64,000 nt of DNA from Escherichia coli (lineage in GTDB: Bacteria; Pseudomonadota; Gammaproteobacteria; Enterobacterales; Enterobacteriaceae): the NCBI RefSeq assembly GCF_001677475.2, contig NZ_CP015229.1, one strand, 5' to 3'. The notes under the pieces were generated by a model. That model did no database searches. It saw only the letters and a list, made by a program, of their open reading frames with translations, and was not told the DNA's origin. A program made the position numbers and the translations under genes. This document shows positions 41,771 to 54,629 of the stretch, one piece after another. Numbering within the stretch: position 1 is the stretch's first letter; the number at the start of each line of letters is the position of its first letter.

Positions 41771-42439
41771 CTATTTCACGGGAATGAACTTATCACCCTG
41801 CCAAAGTGCAACCCGTCCTTTGTTATCCGCCGTGTCCACGCGGGTAAAACGACGCGACTTGCCCGGCATCAGGTAGTAATTCTCTTTACACTCCTTACCA
41901 TTGGCGGCTTTCAGGCAGGGGCCGTAAGCGAGGATCCGCAGCGTCGCATTTCCTGTATTTGTCAGGGAGCCGTTGGCGTACTGAAAGTGGTAGTTCGCCT
42001 GGCGGGGGGCGACGACCAGAATGGTGCCGATGCGGGCGGAAGCAGTGGCCACAGCGCTGCGGTTGGCATTATCGCGCTGTGCATCACTGAGGGCCTGATC
42101 AAACCAGACAATGCGGTAGTAGCGCTCTTTTTCATCTGCAGGTCCCTTATAGAAGAAGCGGATCACTTCGCTGGCTTGGGCGGGTAGCAGCAAGCTGGCG
42201 GGAGTGAGTAGCAACTCATCCGGCTTGTCCATTGAGATAACCTGCCCGTCGTCAAGCGGTGAAGAGAGCCGTTCGAGACGGATATTGATAAGGCGACCAC
42301 TGTCGGTACTGTTTTTGATCGTTTTGCTCAGCGTGCTGCTGTCACTGTTCATAAACGATGATATATCGCCGACATCTAGCGCCTGGGCCGGAGATATTCC
42401 GGAAAACAGCAGAGCGAGAGGCAGAAGGTGCTTTTTCAT
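41771..42439 (-). CDS. ecpB: E. coli common pilus chaperone EcpB
   Basis: 222 aa, signal peptide; synteny. Confidence 0.85.
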   Translation of the reverse strand: MKKHLLPLALLFSGISPAQALDVGDISSFMNSDSSTLSKTIKNSTDSGRLINIRLERLSSPLDDGQVISMDKPDELLLTPASLLLPAQASEVIRFFYKGPADEKERYYRIVWFDQALSDAQRDNANRSAVATASARIGTILVVAPRQANYHFQYANGSLTNTGNATLRILAYGPCLKAANGKECKENYYLMPGKSRRFTRVDTADNKGRVALWQGDKFIPVK

Positions 42440-42496
42440 AACAATTCCGTCCAGGAATAAAGCAGGGGGGCTACCCCTGCTGGTACATCAGAGAGA

Positions 42497-43084
42497 TTAA
42501 CTGGTCCAGGTAGCGTCGAACTGTACGCTAACGTCGCCGCTCCAGATGCCTTCCGGTAGAGTGCTGTAATCGGTTACTGCGGTGGTACCATTGGTGGTGC
42601 CGCTGATGATGGAGAAGGTGAAACCATCCTGTGCGGTGGTACGATTGCTGGCATTGTAACCGTTAGCCAGCGGGCTAAGGTTGCCGCCCAGTACGCCGTT
42701 GGCGGTATCGATCATCACGGTATCGCCAGTTTTTTCGACTGCCGCGCCGTTATAATCCACGCCCACATTCAGTGTGGAACCTGAGGTATCCAACTGGGTT
42801 AATGTGTTGGTGATAAGACGTGAGGTCAGTTTAAAGGCGGTAGCCGTTGAGTCACCCTCGATAGCCACGTCAAATAGACCTTTCTGTGAGTTAAAACCTT
42901 TAATGCCTTCGGCATACTGGAACGCCAGGCTACCGAGTGGCGTCACAACCAGTTTACTGGTGGTGTCTTTTTTGGCTGTTGCCGACCAGGTCGCTACAGC
43001 CTGAGCTGTTACGTCAGCAGCCTGCGCCACACCCATGCCGGTAAACACCGTTACCAGAGCTATTGCCAGAACCTTTTTTTTCAT
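42497..43084 (-). CDS. ecpA: E. coli common pilus major pilin EcpA (MatB)
   Basis: 195 aa; [30 protein letters not shown]... recalled as EcpA. Confidence 0.9.
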   Translation of the reverse strand: MKKKVLAIALVTVFTGMGVAQAADVTAQAVATWSATAKKDTTSKLVVTPLGSLAFQYAEGIKGFNSQKGLFDVAIEGDSTATAFKLTSRLITNTLTQLDTSGSTLNVGVDYNGAAVEKTGDTVMIDTANGVLGGNLSPLANGYNASNRTTAQDGFTFSIISGTTNGTTAVTDYSTLPEGIWSGDVSVQFDATWTS

Positions 43085-43158
43085 TGCATTTCTTCCCGAG
43101 TTGAATTGAGGACGTGATGTCCCTGTGAGTCATTTTTTAAAACTAACTTGCCTGGAGT

Positions 43159-43770
<612 letters not shown>

Positions 43771-44150
43771 TTACAGGTGCATTCAGTTTCATTAGTAAAC
43801 CGGAAGTAAATAAGATACGTAGCACATATCAATAAAGGTTAAACGAGATTAAGTTTAATTATTTTCGATTGGGCTTAAATTTATGTTTTTTTCCCGATGA
43901 GTGTCAATATGTGAACGGAAAAGGAATTCAATGGTTAAGTCAATATTTAGAAAAACTGAAAATATTGCTTTTTTGATAAGAAGAAAAAGACATTTGGTTT
44001 CATAAGGTTATTGGCAATATAACGTTCATTTCTTACTTGCATTTTATATTGGTCAGGAATTTTGCCCTGAAGTGTTAGGAATAGTCTTAATGCGCTGTGT
44101 GATGGACTAGTAAAAAAACAAGTTTTAAGGGTAAGGGATAGAATATAAAA

Positions 44151-44378
44151 CTATGATGAGCTGCCATTGAAGATGATTTGCCAATCAGTAAGATATTTTA
44201 ATGGATTAACATGCCGCACAAAATGGTTATAGGTGTTCATTCCAATAAGTGATGGAAAATTGAACCGGGTTATGTACATCATCTGTTCGGTAAGCCCCCT
44301 AAGAGCCAAATTAAGTGAAGTTAAACGAAGGCTGCCAGCTGTCACAGGAACGATGGCCTTTTTGTCAGGGCACTGCAT
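44151..44378 (-). CDS. ykgL: Small hypothetical protein (YkgL-like)
   Basis: 75-aa ORF between ecpR and ykgO, where K-12 has ykgL; no domain recognised. Confidence 0.4.
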   Translation of the reverse strand: MQCPDKKAIVPVTAGSLRLTSLNLALRGLTEQMMYITRFNFPSLIGMNTYNHFVRHVNPLKYLTDWQIIFNGSSS

Positions 44379-44673
44379 TCAGTCATCTGTGCGCATTACT
44401 CTAACTGGCACTCGAACGTCGGCGATGGGGTTGCCGGTGGATCAGGCTGTTCCTGTGGCGTAAACGTTTTTATGTTAGTACCAACAGATTTACCACATTT
44501 ATCATCTTAACAGTTTGAGTGAAAATGCAGGCTGCGCCGCAAAGGGAGGAGACTGAGTGGCGTGTTCAGTCTAAAAGAGAGTTGATGCCAGCATACAGGG
44601 GCGAAGCTGGTCAACAAGTCAACATTAAGATAATGGAATATTCGGAGAGAAACGTCAGGCAGTTGGCCTCAAA

Positions 44674-44784
44674 TGAACAGGAAGAATATATCCCCAGGAA
44701 AATTAATGTTGGTGTTATAAACACACCAACATTAATCCGATCTGATTATTAATCAGACAAATATCGTTAATCCGTCGAATTTTG
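44674..44784. repeat. Intergenic repeat module, split copy, first half
   Basis: Matches 26032-26140 (ATGAACAGGAAGAATA...CCGTCGAATT); ykgO/ykgM follow directly. Confidence 0.7.
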
Positions 44785-44786
44785 AA

Positions 44787-44927
44787 TCAACGTTTTTTCT
44801 TACGACCCTGAACGGCCTTAAAACGTGGATTAGATTTACAAATCACATATAGCCGTCCTTTTCGCTTCACAATCTGACAGTCTGGATGGCGTTCTTTTGC
44901 GGTACGCAGAGAGTTAAGGACTTTCAT
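44787..44927 (-). CDS. ykgO: 50S ribosomal protein L36 paralogue, zinc-independent type
   Basis: 46 aa [46 protein letters not shown]; start overlaps the ykgM stop by 1 nt. Too short for the ORF track; found by manual translation. Confidence 0.9.
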   Translation of the reverse strand: MKVLNSLRTAKERHPDCQIVKRKGRLYVICKSNPRFKAVQGRKKKR

Positions 44928-45193
44928 CACGCCCCCTTTTTCGTGCTAACAAAACGACCAAAACGTTGGGTGAATCGTTCAACATTTCCTTCTGATGCCA
45001 CTGTTCTCAGCTTCCCTGTATAGAACGGGTGCGATTTAGAAGAGACATCAATTGTCACGTACGGATACGTTACGCCATCCAGCTCAATCTCCCGGTCTGT
45101 TTTGATAGTCGAGCCGATTTTAAAGTACTCATCAACACTGGTGTCGTGGAACACCACAGTACGATACTCAGGATGGATATTGGGTTTCATCAT
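44927..45193 (-). CDS. ykgM: 50S ribosomal protein L31 paralogue, type B (zinc-independent)
   Basis: 88 aa starting [19 protein letters not shown], no Cys zinc ribbon; Zur box immediately upstream. Confidence 0.92.
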   Translation of the reverse strand: MMKPNIHPEYRTVVFHDTSVDEYFKIGSTIKTDREIELDGVTYPYVTIDVSSKSHPFYTGKLRTVASEGNVERFTQRFGRFVSTKKGA

Positions 45194-45198
45194 TTTTA

Positions 45199-45221
45199 CC
45201 TGTTATGTTATAACATAACCG
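45199..45221 (-). promoter_or_regulatory. Zur box in the ykgM promoter
   Basis: Near-perfect palindrome TGTTATGTTATAACATAAC 6-28 bp upstream of the ykgM start. Confidence 0.85.
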
Positions 45222-45477
45222 TAAAGATACATGCTCATCCGGATCATTTCAACACCCAATCCCTGTGACCCTTTGTGGATGTGGAATTTCCGCAACGGGG
45301 AACTCTGGCATTGTTAGCAGCCATTGGTGACGCTCCCATAAACGCCTGGATGAGTGATTGATGATGGTTTTGCTGAGAGTATGGATTTTTCGAGAATGGA
45401 GGTTATCTCTACTTTACTGGCCGATGATTTATCGCAGTATGATTGATTACCTGACAGCGTGTATTCCTCTCCCACGG

Positions 45478-45622
45478 ATATAATAATTACTTACAAAAAG
45501 GGAGAGGATGCATATTTTAAATATCACTGAAGTGAACAGTTTATTGCCGTTATTAATAGAAATGGAGAAATAAATAGGCGTATTCTACAATTGCGACAAA
45601 AACAACGATATTAATCAGTTTA
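45478..45622. repeat. Intergenic repeat module, split copy, second half
   Basis: Matches 26141-26297 (TATTTTAAATATCACTGAAGTGAACAGTTTATTGCCGTTATTAATAGAAATGGAG...AACAACGATATT). Confidence 0.7.
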
Positions 45623-46135
45623 TGACTGATTTGTTGTACTTTATTCTCTTTCATTGGTACTTCCTCGCTTTAAAAAAGAGTGCACTTCGTAAGTGCCCTT
45701 ATATAAATAACGAGTTTGGTCAACCAATTTTTTGACATGTATCACAAATTTGAATAGATGTATTACATCAACTATCTTTTATTGCACCAACGTCATTGAT
45801 ATATGTCGCCTGAAGTCAGTTCCGGGAATGAGTCTGATCTCAAGATTGGCCCAGTCCTGGCGTTGATTGGCGCTGAGGAGCATATCGCATCTCATCATAA
45901 TGTCGTATCTCCTGGGGTGTTATACAAGATATCGTTGTTGGTGACCTGGGAGAGGAATTGAGTTCTATTAAACCGTCAACTATGCCGGATACATACTGGA
46001 TTACACTGCAGGCACGCCTTATGAGAGAACGTGCCGCAGTGACGGGTTAATTATCTGAAAGAATTTGTGAGGCTGTATCGGTTACTCATTGATTTGATAG
46101 TTTTACTCTCGGGAGAGTAATAGATATTTAATCCA

Positions 46136-46379
46136 TTAACGGAAACCAGTGAGTTCCTTTCGATGTCTGAATTTCCTTGGCGTGACATAGGTATATCCTG
46201 TAATTACTAAACCAATATTTTGTGAGCGACGTTTATAATATTCGAGTTCTTGCTCAGAGATGGTTCCATCAGGATTAGCTGACCAGGTCGTCATAGGAGC
46301 CATAACGATACGATTACATGGCTTTGTTTTTTTCTGTCAGCATAAAAGGAGGAAACAGTGATAAGTGTTTATTTGTCAT
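46136..46379 (-). pseudogene. Old-yellow-enzyme/NADH:flavin oxidoreductase family N-terminal remnant (frameshifted, truncated)
   Basis: Manual translation gives MTNKHLSLFPPFML... then, after a frame change, MAPMTTWSANPDGTISEQELEYYKRRSQNIGLVITGYTYV, resembling the OYE N-terminus (xMAPMT...EYY...GLIIT); stop after about 55 codons. Confidence 0.35.
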
Positions 46380-46672
46380 GACAATACCTCAAATGTTTAT
46401 CTGATTTTGATGCGTATATTTTAACTGGTTAGTTGTTACCAGCTTTGGAACCAAGATTTTTGGCTTTGTTTTTATTTATAATTACTGTTAGTGCTTTTAT
46501 TGAATTTATGGTGGAGAAAAGAGTAAAAAAAGAAAGTTAATGATGTGTGTCAGAATATCGGTAAGAAGAATGACGCAATCGTGAGGATACGTTTATTCAT
46601 AATAAATCTCCTGAAAGTTTAGAATTATTTTCTATACAGCCAGATTATCATTGTTACTAATAATGTGGTTAA

Positions 46673-48616
<1,944 letters not shown>

Positions 48617-49165
48617 TTATCGTTCATGAGAAGCATAACGTAAAGAGAAGAGCTCGATTAGACGGCAGGATTTGTCAGGGGTTATGAACGAAATTCATAA
48701 ATCTGTTTGAGTGTTGCGATGGGTAGTGCAAGTTCGATATCTCCGCAATTTACAGTCCGATGAAGGAAAATGAATATCCATAAAAAATATATTGGTTTAT
48801 CCTGGTATATATACCTATTTCGACGTATTTCCAATAGTTGTTAATTAAAGGCAGGTCATTATTATTCACTCTGAATAATGAATTATTCACTGTCCGCAGA
48901 GTAAAAATATAACTTAGGTATCTATTTAATGACTTGCACAAAAAGCTAAATTTTCACCCATAAATAAAAATATAATCCCGCGCCCAACCACCTGATGAGT
49001 GGCTACAGGCACTGGATATATTAGGTGGCGGTGTACTTTCTTACATAAAGGTATTTCCTTTTCTGCGGAAAAGGAAACCGGGAAATCCCCGGCTTTTCTG
49101 ACAAGCAGACACCATTATTTGTGTCTGCCTATGTTCGTTAATTCGTTCATCAGGAAATTATCTCA

Positions 49166-52100
49166 ATGTCACGTTATAAAACAGGTCATAAACAACCACG
49201 ATTTCGTTATTCAGTTCTGGCCCGCTGCGTGGCGTGGGCAAATATCTCTGTTCAGGTTCTTTTTCCACTCGCAGTCACTTTTACCCCAGTAATGGCTGCA
49301 CGTGCGCAGCATGCGGTTCAGCCACGGTTGAGCATGGAAAATACCACGGTAACTGCTGATAATAATGTGGAGAAAAATGTCGCGTCGTTTGCCGCAAATG
49401 CCGGGACATTTTTAAGCAGTCAGCCAGATAGCGATGCGACACGTAACTTTATTACCGGAATGGCCACCGCTAAAGCTAACCAGGAAATACAGGAGTGGCT
49501 CGGGAAATACGGTACTGCGCGCGTCAAACTGAATGTCGATAAAGATTTCTCGCTGAAGGATTCTTCGCTGGAAATGCTTTATCCGATTTATGATACGCCG
49601 ACAAATATGTTGTTCACTCAGGGAGCAATACATCGTACCGACGATCGTACTCAGTCAAATATTGGTTTTGGCTGGCGTCATTTTTCAGGAAATGACTGGA
49701 TGGCGGGGGTGAACACCTTTATCGACCATGATTTATCCCGTAGTCATACCCGCATTGGTGTTGGTGCGGAATACTGGCGCGATTATCTGAAACTGAGCGC
49801 CAATGGTTATATTCGGGCTTCTGGCTGGAAAAAATCGCCGGATATTGAGGATTATCAGGAACGCCCGGCGAATGGTTGGGATATCCGCGCAGAGGGCTAT
49901 TTACCTGCCTGGCCGCAGCTTGGCGCAAGCCTGATGTATGAACAGTATTATGGCGATGAAGTCGGGCTGTTTGGTAAAGATAAGCGCCAGAAAGACCCGC
50001 ATGCTATTTCTGCCGAGGTGACCTATACGCCAGTGCCTCTTCTGACACTGAGCGCCGGGCATAAGCAGGGCAAGAGCGGTGAGAATGACACTCGCTTTGG
50101 CCTGGAAGTTAACTACCGAATTGGCGAACCTTTGGCGAAACAACTCGATACGGATAGCATTCGCGAGCGTCGGGTACTGGCAGGCAGCCGCTATGACCTG
50201 GTTGAGCGTAATAACAACATCGTTCTTGAGTACCGCAAATCTGAAGTGATCCGTATTGCTCTGCCTAAGCGTATTGCAGGTAAGGGCGGGCAGACGGTTT
50301 CCCTGGGGCTTGTGGTGAGTAAAGCAACTCACGGTCTGAAAAATGTTCAATGGGAAGCGCCGTCTTTGCTGGCCGCAGGCGGAAAAATTACGGGGCAGGG
50401 TAATCAGTGGCAAGTGACGCTCCCGGCTTACCAGGCAGGCAAAGACAATTATTATGCGATTTCTGCGGTTGCCTACGATAACAAAGGCAATGCCTCAAAA
50501 CGCGTGCAGACAGAGGTGGTCATTACCGGAGCAGGTATGAGTGCCGAGCGCACGGCGTTAACGCTTGACGGTCAGAGCCGTATCCAAATGCTTGCTAACG
50601 GTAGTGAGCAAAAGCCACTGGTGCTTTCTCTGCGCGACGCCGAGGGGCAGCCAGTCACGGGCATGAAAGATCAGATCAAGACTGAGCTGACGTTCAAGCC
50701 AGCTGGAAATATTGTGACTCGTACCCTGAAGGCCACTAAATCACAGGCAAAGCCAACTCTGGGTGAGTTCACCGAAACTGAAGCAGGGGTGTATCAGTCT
50801 GTCTTTACTACCGGAACGCAGTCAGGTGAGGCAACGATTACTGTTAGCGTTGATGGCATGAGCAAAACCGTCACTGCAGAACTGCGGGCCACGATGATGG
50901 ATGTGGCAAACTCCACCCTGAGCGCTAACGAGCCGTCAGGTGACGTGGTTGCTGATGGTCAGCAAGCCTACACGCTGACGTTGACTGCGGTGGACTCCGA
51001 GGGTAATCCGGTGACGGGAGAAGCTAGCCGCCTGCGACTTGTTCCGCAAGACACTAATGGTGTTACCGTTGGTGCCATTTCGGAAATAAAACCTGGGGTT
51101 TACAGCGCCACGGTTTCTTCGACCCGTGCCGGAAACGTTGTTGTGCGTGCCTTTAGCGAGCAGTATCAGTTGGGCTCATTACAACAAACGCTGAAGTTTG
51201 TCGCCGGGCCGCTTGATGCAGCACATTCGACCATCGCCCTGAATCCGGATAAACCGGTGGTTGGCGGTACAGTTACGGCAATCTGGACGGCAAAAGATGC
51301 CAATGACAACCCTGTGACCAGCCTCACGCCGGAAGCGCCGTCATTAGCGGGTGCCGCTGCTGTAGGTTCTACGGCATCGGGCTGGACAAATAATGGTGAT
51401 GGGACGTGGACTGCACAAATTACTCTCGGCTCTACGGCGGGTGAATTAGAAGTTATGCCGAAGCTAAATGGACAGGATGCGGCAGCAAATGCGGCAAAAG
51501 TAACCGTGGTGGCTGATGCGTTATCTTCAAACCAGTCGAAAGTCTCTGTCGCAGAAGATCACGTAAAAGCCGGCGAAAGCACAACCGTGACGCTTATTGC
51601 AAAAGATGCACATGGCAACGCTATCAGTGGTCTTTCGTTGTCGGCAAGTTTGACGGGGACCGCCTCTGAAGGGGCGACCGTTTCCAGTTGGACCGAAAAA
51701 GGTGACGGTTCCTATGTTGCTACGTTGACTACAGGCGGAAAGACGGGCGAGCTTCGTGTCATGCCGCTCTTCAACGGCCAGCCAGCAGCCACCGAAGCCG
51801 CGCAGTTGACGGTCATCGCCGGAGAGATGTCATCAGCGAACTCTACGCTTGTTGCGGACAATAAGGCTCCGACCGTCAAAACGACGACGGAACTCACCTT
51901 CACCGTGAAGGATGCGTACGGGAACCCGGTCACCGGGCTGAATCCAGATGCACCAGTGTTTAGCGGTGCCGCCAGCACGGGGAGTGAGCGTCCTTCAGCA
52001 GGAAACTGGACAGAGAAAGGTAATGGGGTCTACGTGTCGACCTTAACGCTGGGATCTGCCGCGGGTCAGCTGTCTGTGATGCCGCGAGTGAACGGCCAAA

Positions 52101-53419
52101 ATGCCGTTGCTCAGCCACTGGTGCTGAACGTTGCAGGTGACGCATCTAAGGCTGAGATTCGTGATATAACAGTGAAGGTTAATAACCAACTGGCTAATGG
52201 ACAGTCTGCTAACCAGATAACCCTGACCGTCGTGGACAGCTATGGTAACCCGTTGCAGGGGCAAGAAGTTACGCTGACTTTACCGCAGGGTGTGACCAGC
52301 AAGACGGGGAATACAGTAACAACCAATGCGGCAGGGAAAGTGGACATTGAGCTTATGTCAACGGTTGCGGGAGAACACAATATTTCCGCTTCGGTGAATG
52401 GTGCTCAGAAGACGGTCACGGTGAAATTCAACGCGGATGCCAGCACCGGTCAGGCAAACCTGCAGGTAGACGCCGCTGCTCAAAAAGTGGCAAACGGCAA
52501 AGATGCCTTTACGCTGACGGCGAACGTTGAGGATAAAAATGGTAACCCTGTTCCAGGGAGCCTGGTGACCTTTAATCTGCCCCGGGGTGTCAAGCCGCTT
52601 ACAGGCGATAATGTCTGGGTGAAAGCCAACGATGAGGGGAAAGCAGAGTTGCAGGTGGTTTCAGTGACTGCCGGAACGTATGAGATCACGGCATCGGCAG
52701 GGAATAACCAGCCTTCGAATACGCAGACTATAACGTTTGTGGCCGATAAGGCGACCGCAACCGTCTCCGGTATTGAGGTGATTGGCAACTATGCACTGGC
52801 GGATGGCAAAGCCAAACAGACGTATAAAGTTACGGTGACTGATGCCAATAACAACCTGTTGAAAGATAGCGAGGTGACGCTGACTGCCAGCCCGGCAAAT
52901 TTAGCTCTGGATCCCGATGGGACGGCGAAAACTAATGAGCAAGGGCAGGCTATTTTCACCGCCACGACCACTGTCGCAGCGAAATATACACTCACGGCGA
53001 AAGTGGAACAGGCCAACGGTCAGGAATCGACGAAAACTGCTGAATCTAAATTCGTCGCGGATGATAAAAACGCGGTGCTCGCCGCATCATCTGATGTGAC
53101 TTCTCTGGTGGCGGATGGGGTACAGACCGCAACAATGACGGTTACCCTGTTCTCGGCAAATAACCCTGTTGGGGGGAATGTGTGGGTCGACATTGAGGCT
53201 CCGGAAGGAGTGACGGAGAAGGATTATCAGTTCCTGCCGTCGAAAAATGACCATTTCGTGAGCGGGAAAATCACGCGTACATTTAGTACCAGCAAGCCTG
53301 GTGTCTATACATTCACATTTAACGCCCTGACCTATGGCGGGTACGAAATGAAGCCAGTGAAGGTGACCATTACCGCGGTGGATGCCGATACGGCAAAGGA
53401 CGAGGAGGCGATGAAGTAA
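49166..53419 (+). CDS. fdeC: Intimin/invasin-family outer-membrane adhesin, full length (FdeC / EaeH)
   Basis: 1417 aa; N-terminal beta-barrel anchor region followed by many Ig-like repeat segments (recurring ...VTLTA/VTVTD...GNPV... blocks); position corresponds to K-12 eaeH. Confidence 0.88.
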   Translation: MSRYKTGHKQPRFRYSVLARCVAWANISVQVLFPLAVTFTPVMAARAQHAVQPRLSMENTTVTADNNVEKNVASFAANAGTFLSSQPDSDATRNFITGMATAKANQEIQEWLGKYGTARVKLNVDKDFSLKDSSLEMLYPIYDTPTNMLFTQGAIHRTDDRTQSNIGFGWRHFSGNDWMAGVNTFIDHDLSRSHTRIGVGAEYWRDYLKLSANGYIRASGWKKSPDIEDYQERPANGWDIRAEGYLPAWPQLGASLMYEQYYGDEVGLFGKDKRQKDPHAISAEVTYTPVPLLTLSAGHKQGKSGENDTRFGLEVNYRIGEPLAKQLDTDSIRERRVLAGSRYDLVERNNNIVLEYRKSEVIRIALPKRIAGKGGQTVSLGLVVSKATHGLKNVQWEAPSLLAAGGKITGQGNQWQVTLPAYQAGKDNYYAISAVAYDNKGNASKRVQTEVVITGAGMSAERTALTLDGQSRIQMLANGSEQKPLVLSLRDAEGQPVTGMKDQIKTELTFKPAGNIVTRTLKATKSQAKPTLGEFTETEAGVYQSVFTTGTQSGEATITVSVDGMSKTVTAELRATMMDVANSTLSANEPSGDVVADGQQAYTLTLTAVDSEGNPVTGEASRLRLVPQDTNGVTVGAISEIKPGVYSATVSSTRAGNVVVRAFSEQYQLGSLQQTLKFVAGPLDAAHSTIALNPDKPVVGGTVTAIWTAKDANDNPVTSLTPEAPSLAGAAAVGSTASGWTNNGDGTWTAQITLGSTAGELEVMPKLNGQDAAANAAKVTVVADALSSNQSKVSVAEDHVKAGESTTVTLIAKDAHGNAISGLSLSASLTGTASEGATVSSWTEKGDGSYVATLTTGGKTGELRVMPLFNGQPAATEAAQLTVIAGEMSSANSTLVADNKAPTVKTTTELTFTVKDAYGNPVTGLNPDAPVFSGAASTGSERPSAGNWTEKGNGVYVSTLTLGSAAGQLSVMPRVNGQNAVAQPLVLNVAGDASKAEIRDITVKVNNQLANGQSANQITLTVVDSYGNPLQGQEVTLTLPQGVTSKTGNTVTTNAAGKVDIELMSTVAGEHNISASVNGAQKTVTVKFNADASTGQANLQVDAAAQKVANGKDAFTLTANVEDKNGNPVPGSLVTFNLPRGVKPLTGDNVWVKANDEGKAELQVVSVTAGTYEITASAGNNQPSNTQTITFVADKATATVSGIEVIGNYALADGKAKQTYKVTVTDANNNLLKDSEVTLTASPANLALDPDGTAKTNEQGQAIFTATTTVAAKYTLTAKVEQANGQESTKTAESKFVADDKNAVLAASSDVTSLVADGVQTATMTVTLFSANNPVGGNVWVDIEAPEGVTEKDYQFLPSKNDHFVSGKITRTFSTSKPGVYTFTFNALTYGGYEMKPVKVTITAVDADTAKDEEAMK

Positions 53420-53455
53420 TTTTAAGAATATGAAAGTAGCATTCTAATAAACATT

Positions 53456-53482
53456 AATGGCGTTGACATATTCAACGCCATT
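53456..53482. terminator. Bidirectional hairpin between convergent fdeC and ykgA
   Basis: AATGGCGTTGACATATTCAACGCCATT stem-loop flanked by A/T runs. Confidence 0.65.
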
Positions 53483-53538
53483 ATTATTGAATTTCCAGAC
53501 AGTAGTCTCGTTATAAATTCATTTAGATATAGCGACAA

Positions 53539-54429
53539 CTAAACCGGACGAACGGGGATAAAAATTTCGCAAACAACATCATTGCTATCCTTTTCTACGA
53601 AATCTTCATTGTAATAAAACCGCTCAATATCACTGCCGTTGACTCTGGCTAACCCCCTGGCGGGTAATTCCATCAGATAGAGGTTTCGCGCCCATTCAGG
53701 GTAGTGCTCCCACTCACCTTCATAGCGGAAAGAGGCATACAGTCCTCGGTTAATTGTCCACTCTTTCGGCATCTCTGAATCGGTTTGTTTGCATACCGTA
53801 CCGGCAAAAGTTTCAACCGTGAGCAAATCGACCGATTTTGTTGACGGTTCAAACGTGGAGACGAAATAGATATCCGTCTTAAAATTCTTCATACATCTGG
53901 CTAAATGATGACGTCGTAGTTTGACTTCTTCATCCGGTGATTTAATCGACACTTCAATGTCATATTTAAATGAGTTGCCAAAAATAGGTGTCTCAGGAAA
54001 GTTGACTAATCTACACTCCGTCTTTTGCTGTTGACGTATTAAAAAAGAAGGGAAGATATTTGCGAGATCCCAATAATCACGGTGGCGGTATTCACGGGGA
54101 GAGCAGCGGAATAACTTTTTAAATTCGCGGCTGAATGACTGCTGTGAATCAAAATGCAAAGAGAGTGCAATATCAAGCATAGATTTCGCGGTGAGCCGGA
54201 CAAGAATGGCGGCACGACAAAGCCTTCGTTTGCGAATGTATTCTCCCAAAGGCACATGCATGAAATTTCGGAACAGAAGCTGGATGTTGCGTCTGCTGTA
54301 GCCAGATTTCTGTGCGATATCTTCGATTGAAATAGGGTGCTCAAGATTGCACTCAATCCACTCCAGGAGCTGCTGTAGAATCTTCTGCCTGATCATCACA
54401 TTCTCCATTAATTCTTCGTCATATCGCAC
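53539..54429 (-). CDS. ykgA: AraC-family transcriptional regulator with C-terminal effector domain
   Basis: 296 aa, N-terminal AraC HTH (IEDIAQKSGYSRRNIQLLF...SQQSFSREFKKLFRCSP). Confidence 0.8.
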   Translation of the reverse strand: MRYDEELMENVMIRQKILQQLLEWIECNLEHPISIEDIAQKSGYSRRNIQLLFRNFMHVPLGEYIRKRRLCRAAILVRLTAKSMLDIALSLHFDSQQSFSREFKKLFRCSPREYRHRDYWDLANIFPSFLIRQQQKTECRLVNFPETPIFGNSFKYDIEVSIKSPDEEVKLRRHHLARCMKNFKTDIYFVSTFEPSTKSVDLLTVETFAGTVCKQTDSEMPKEWTINRGLYASFRYEGEWEHYPEWARNLYLMELPARGLARVNGSDIERFYYNEDFVEKDSNDVVCEIFIPVRPV

Positions 54430-54629
54430 ATTTTCGTTATGCCCTGGGCCCTAAGTGTATCAAAAACAGCAAGGCCGAAGGCAAAAGTACTGGTAGCGTC
54501 TGCTTCGTTGTCCCCGAAAATAGAGAGGTTTCAGTCCTACATTATTAATGAATTTTTTGCATAAGTGATATCAAAATCCACATACTAATTTGAGGTTACG
54601 TTTTAACGTAGACTCATTGTTCATGCCTA

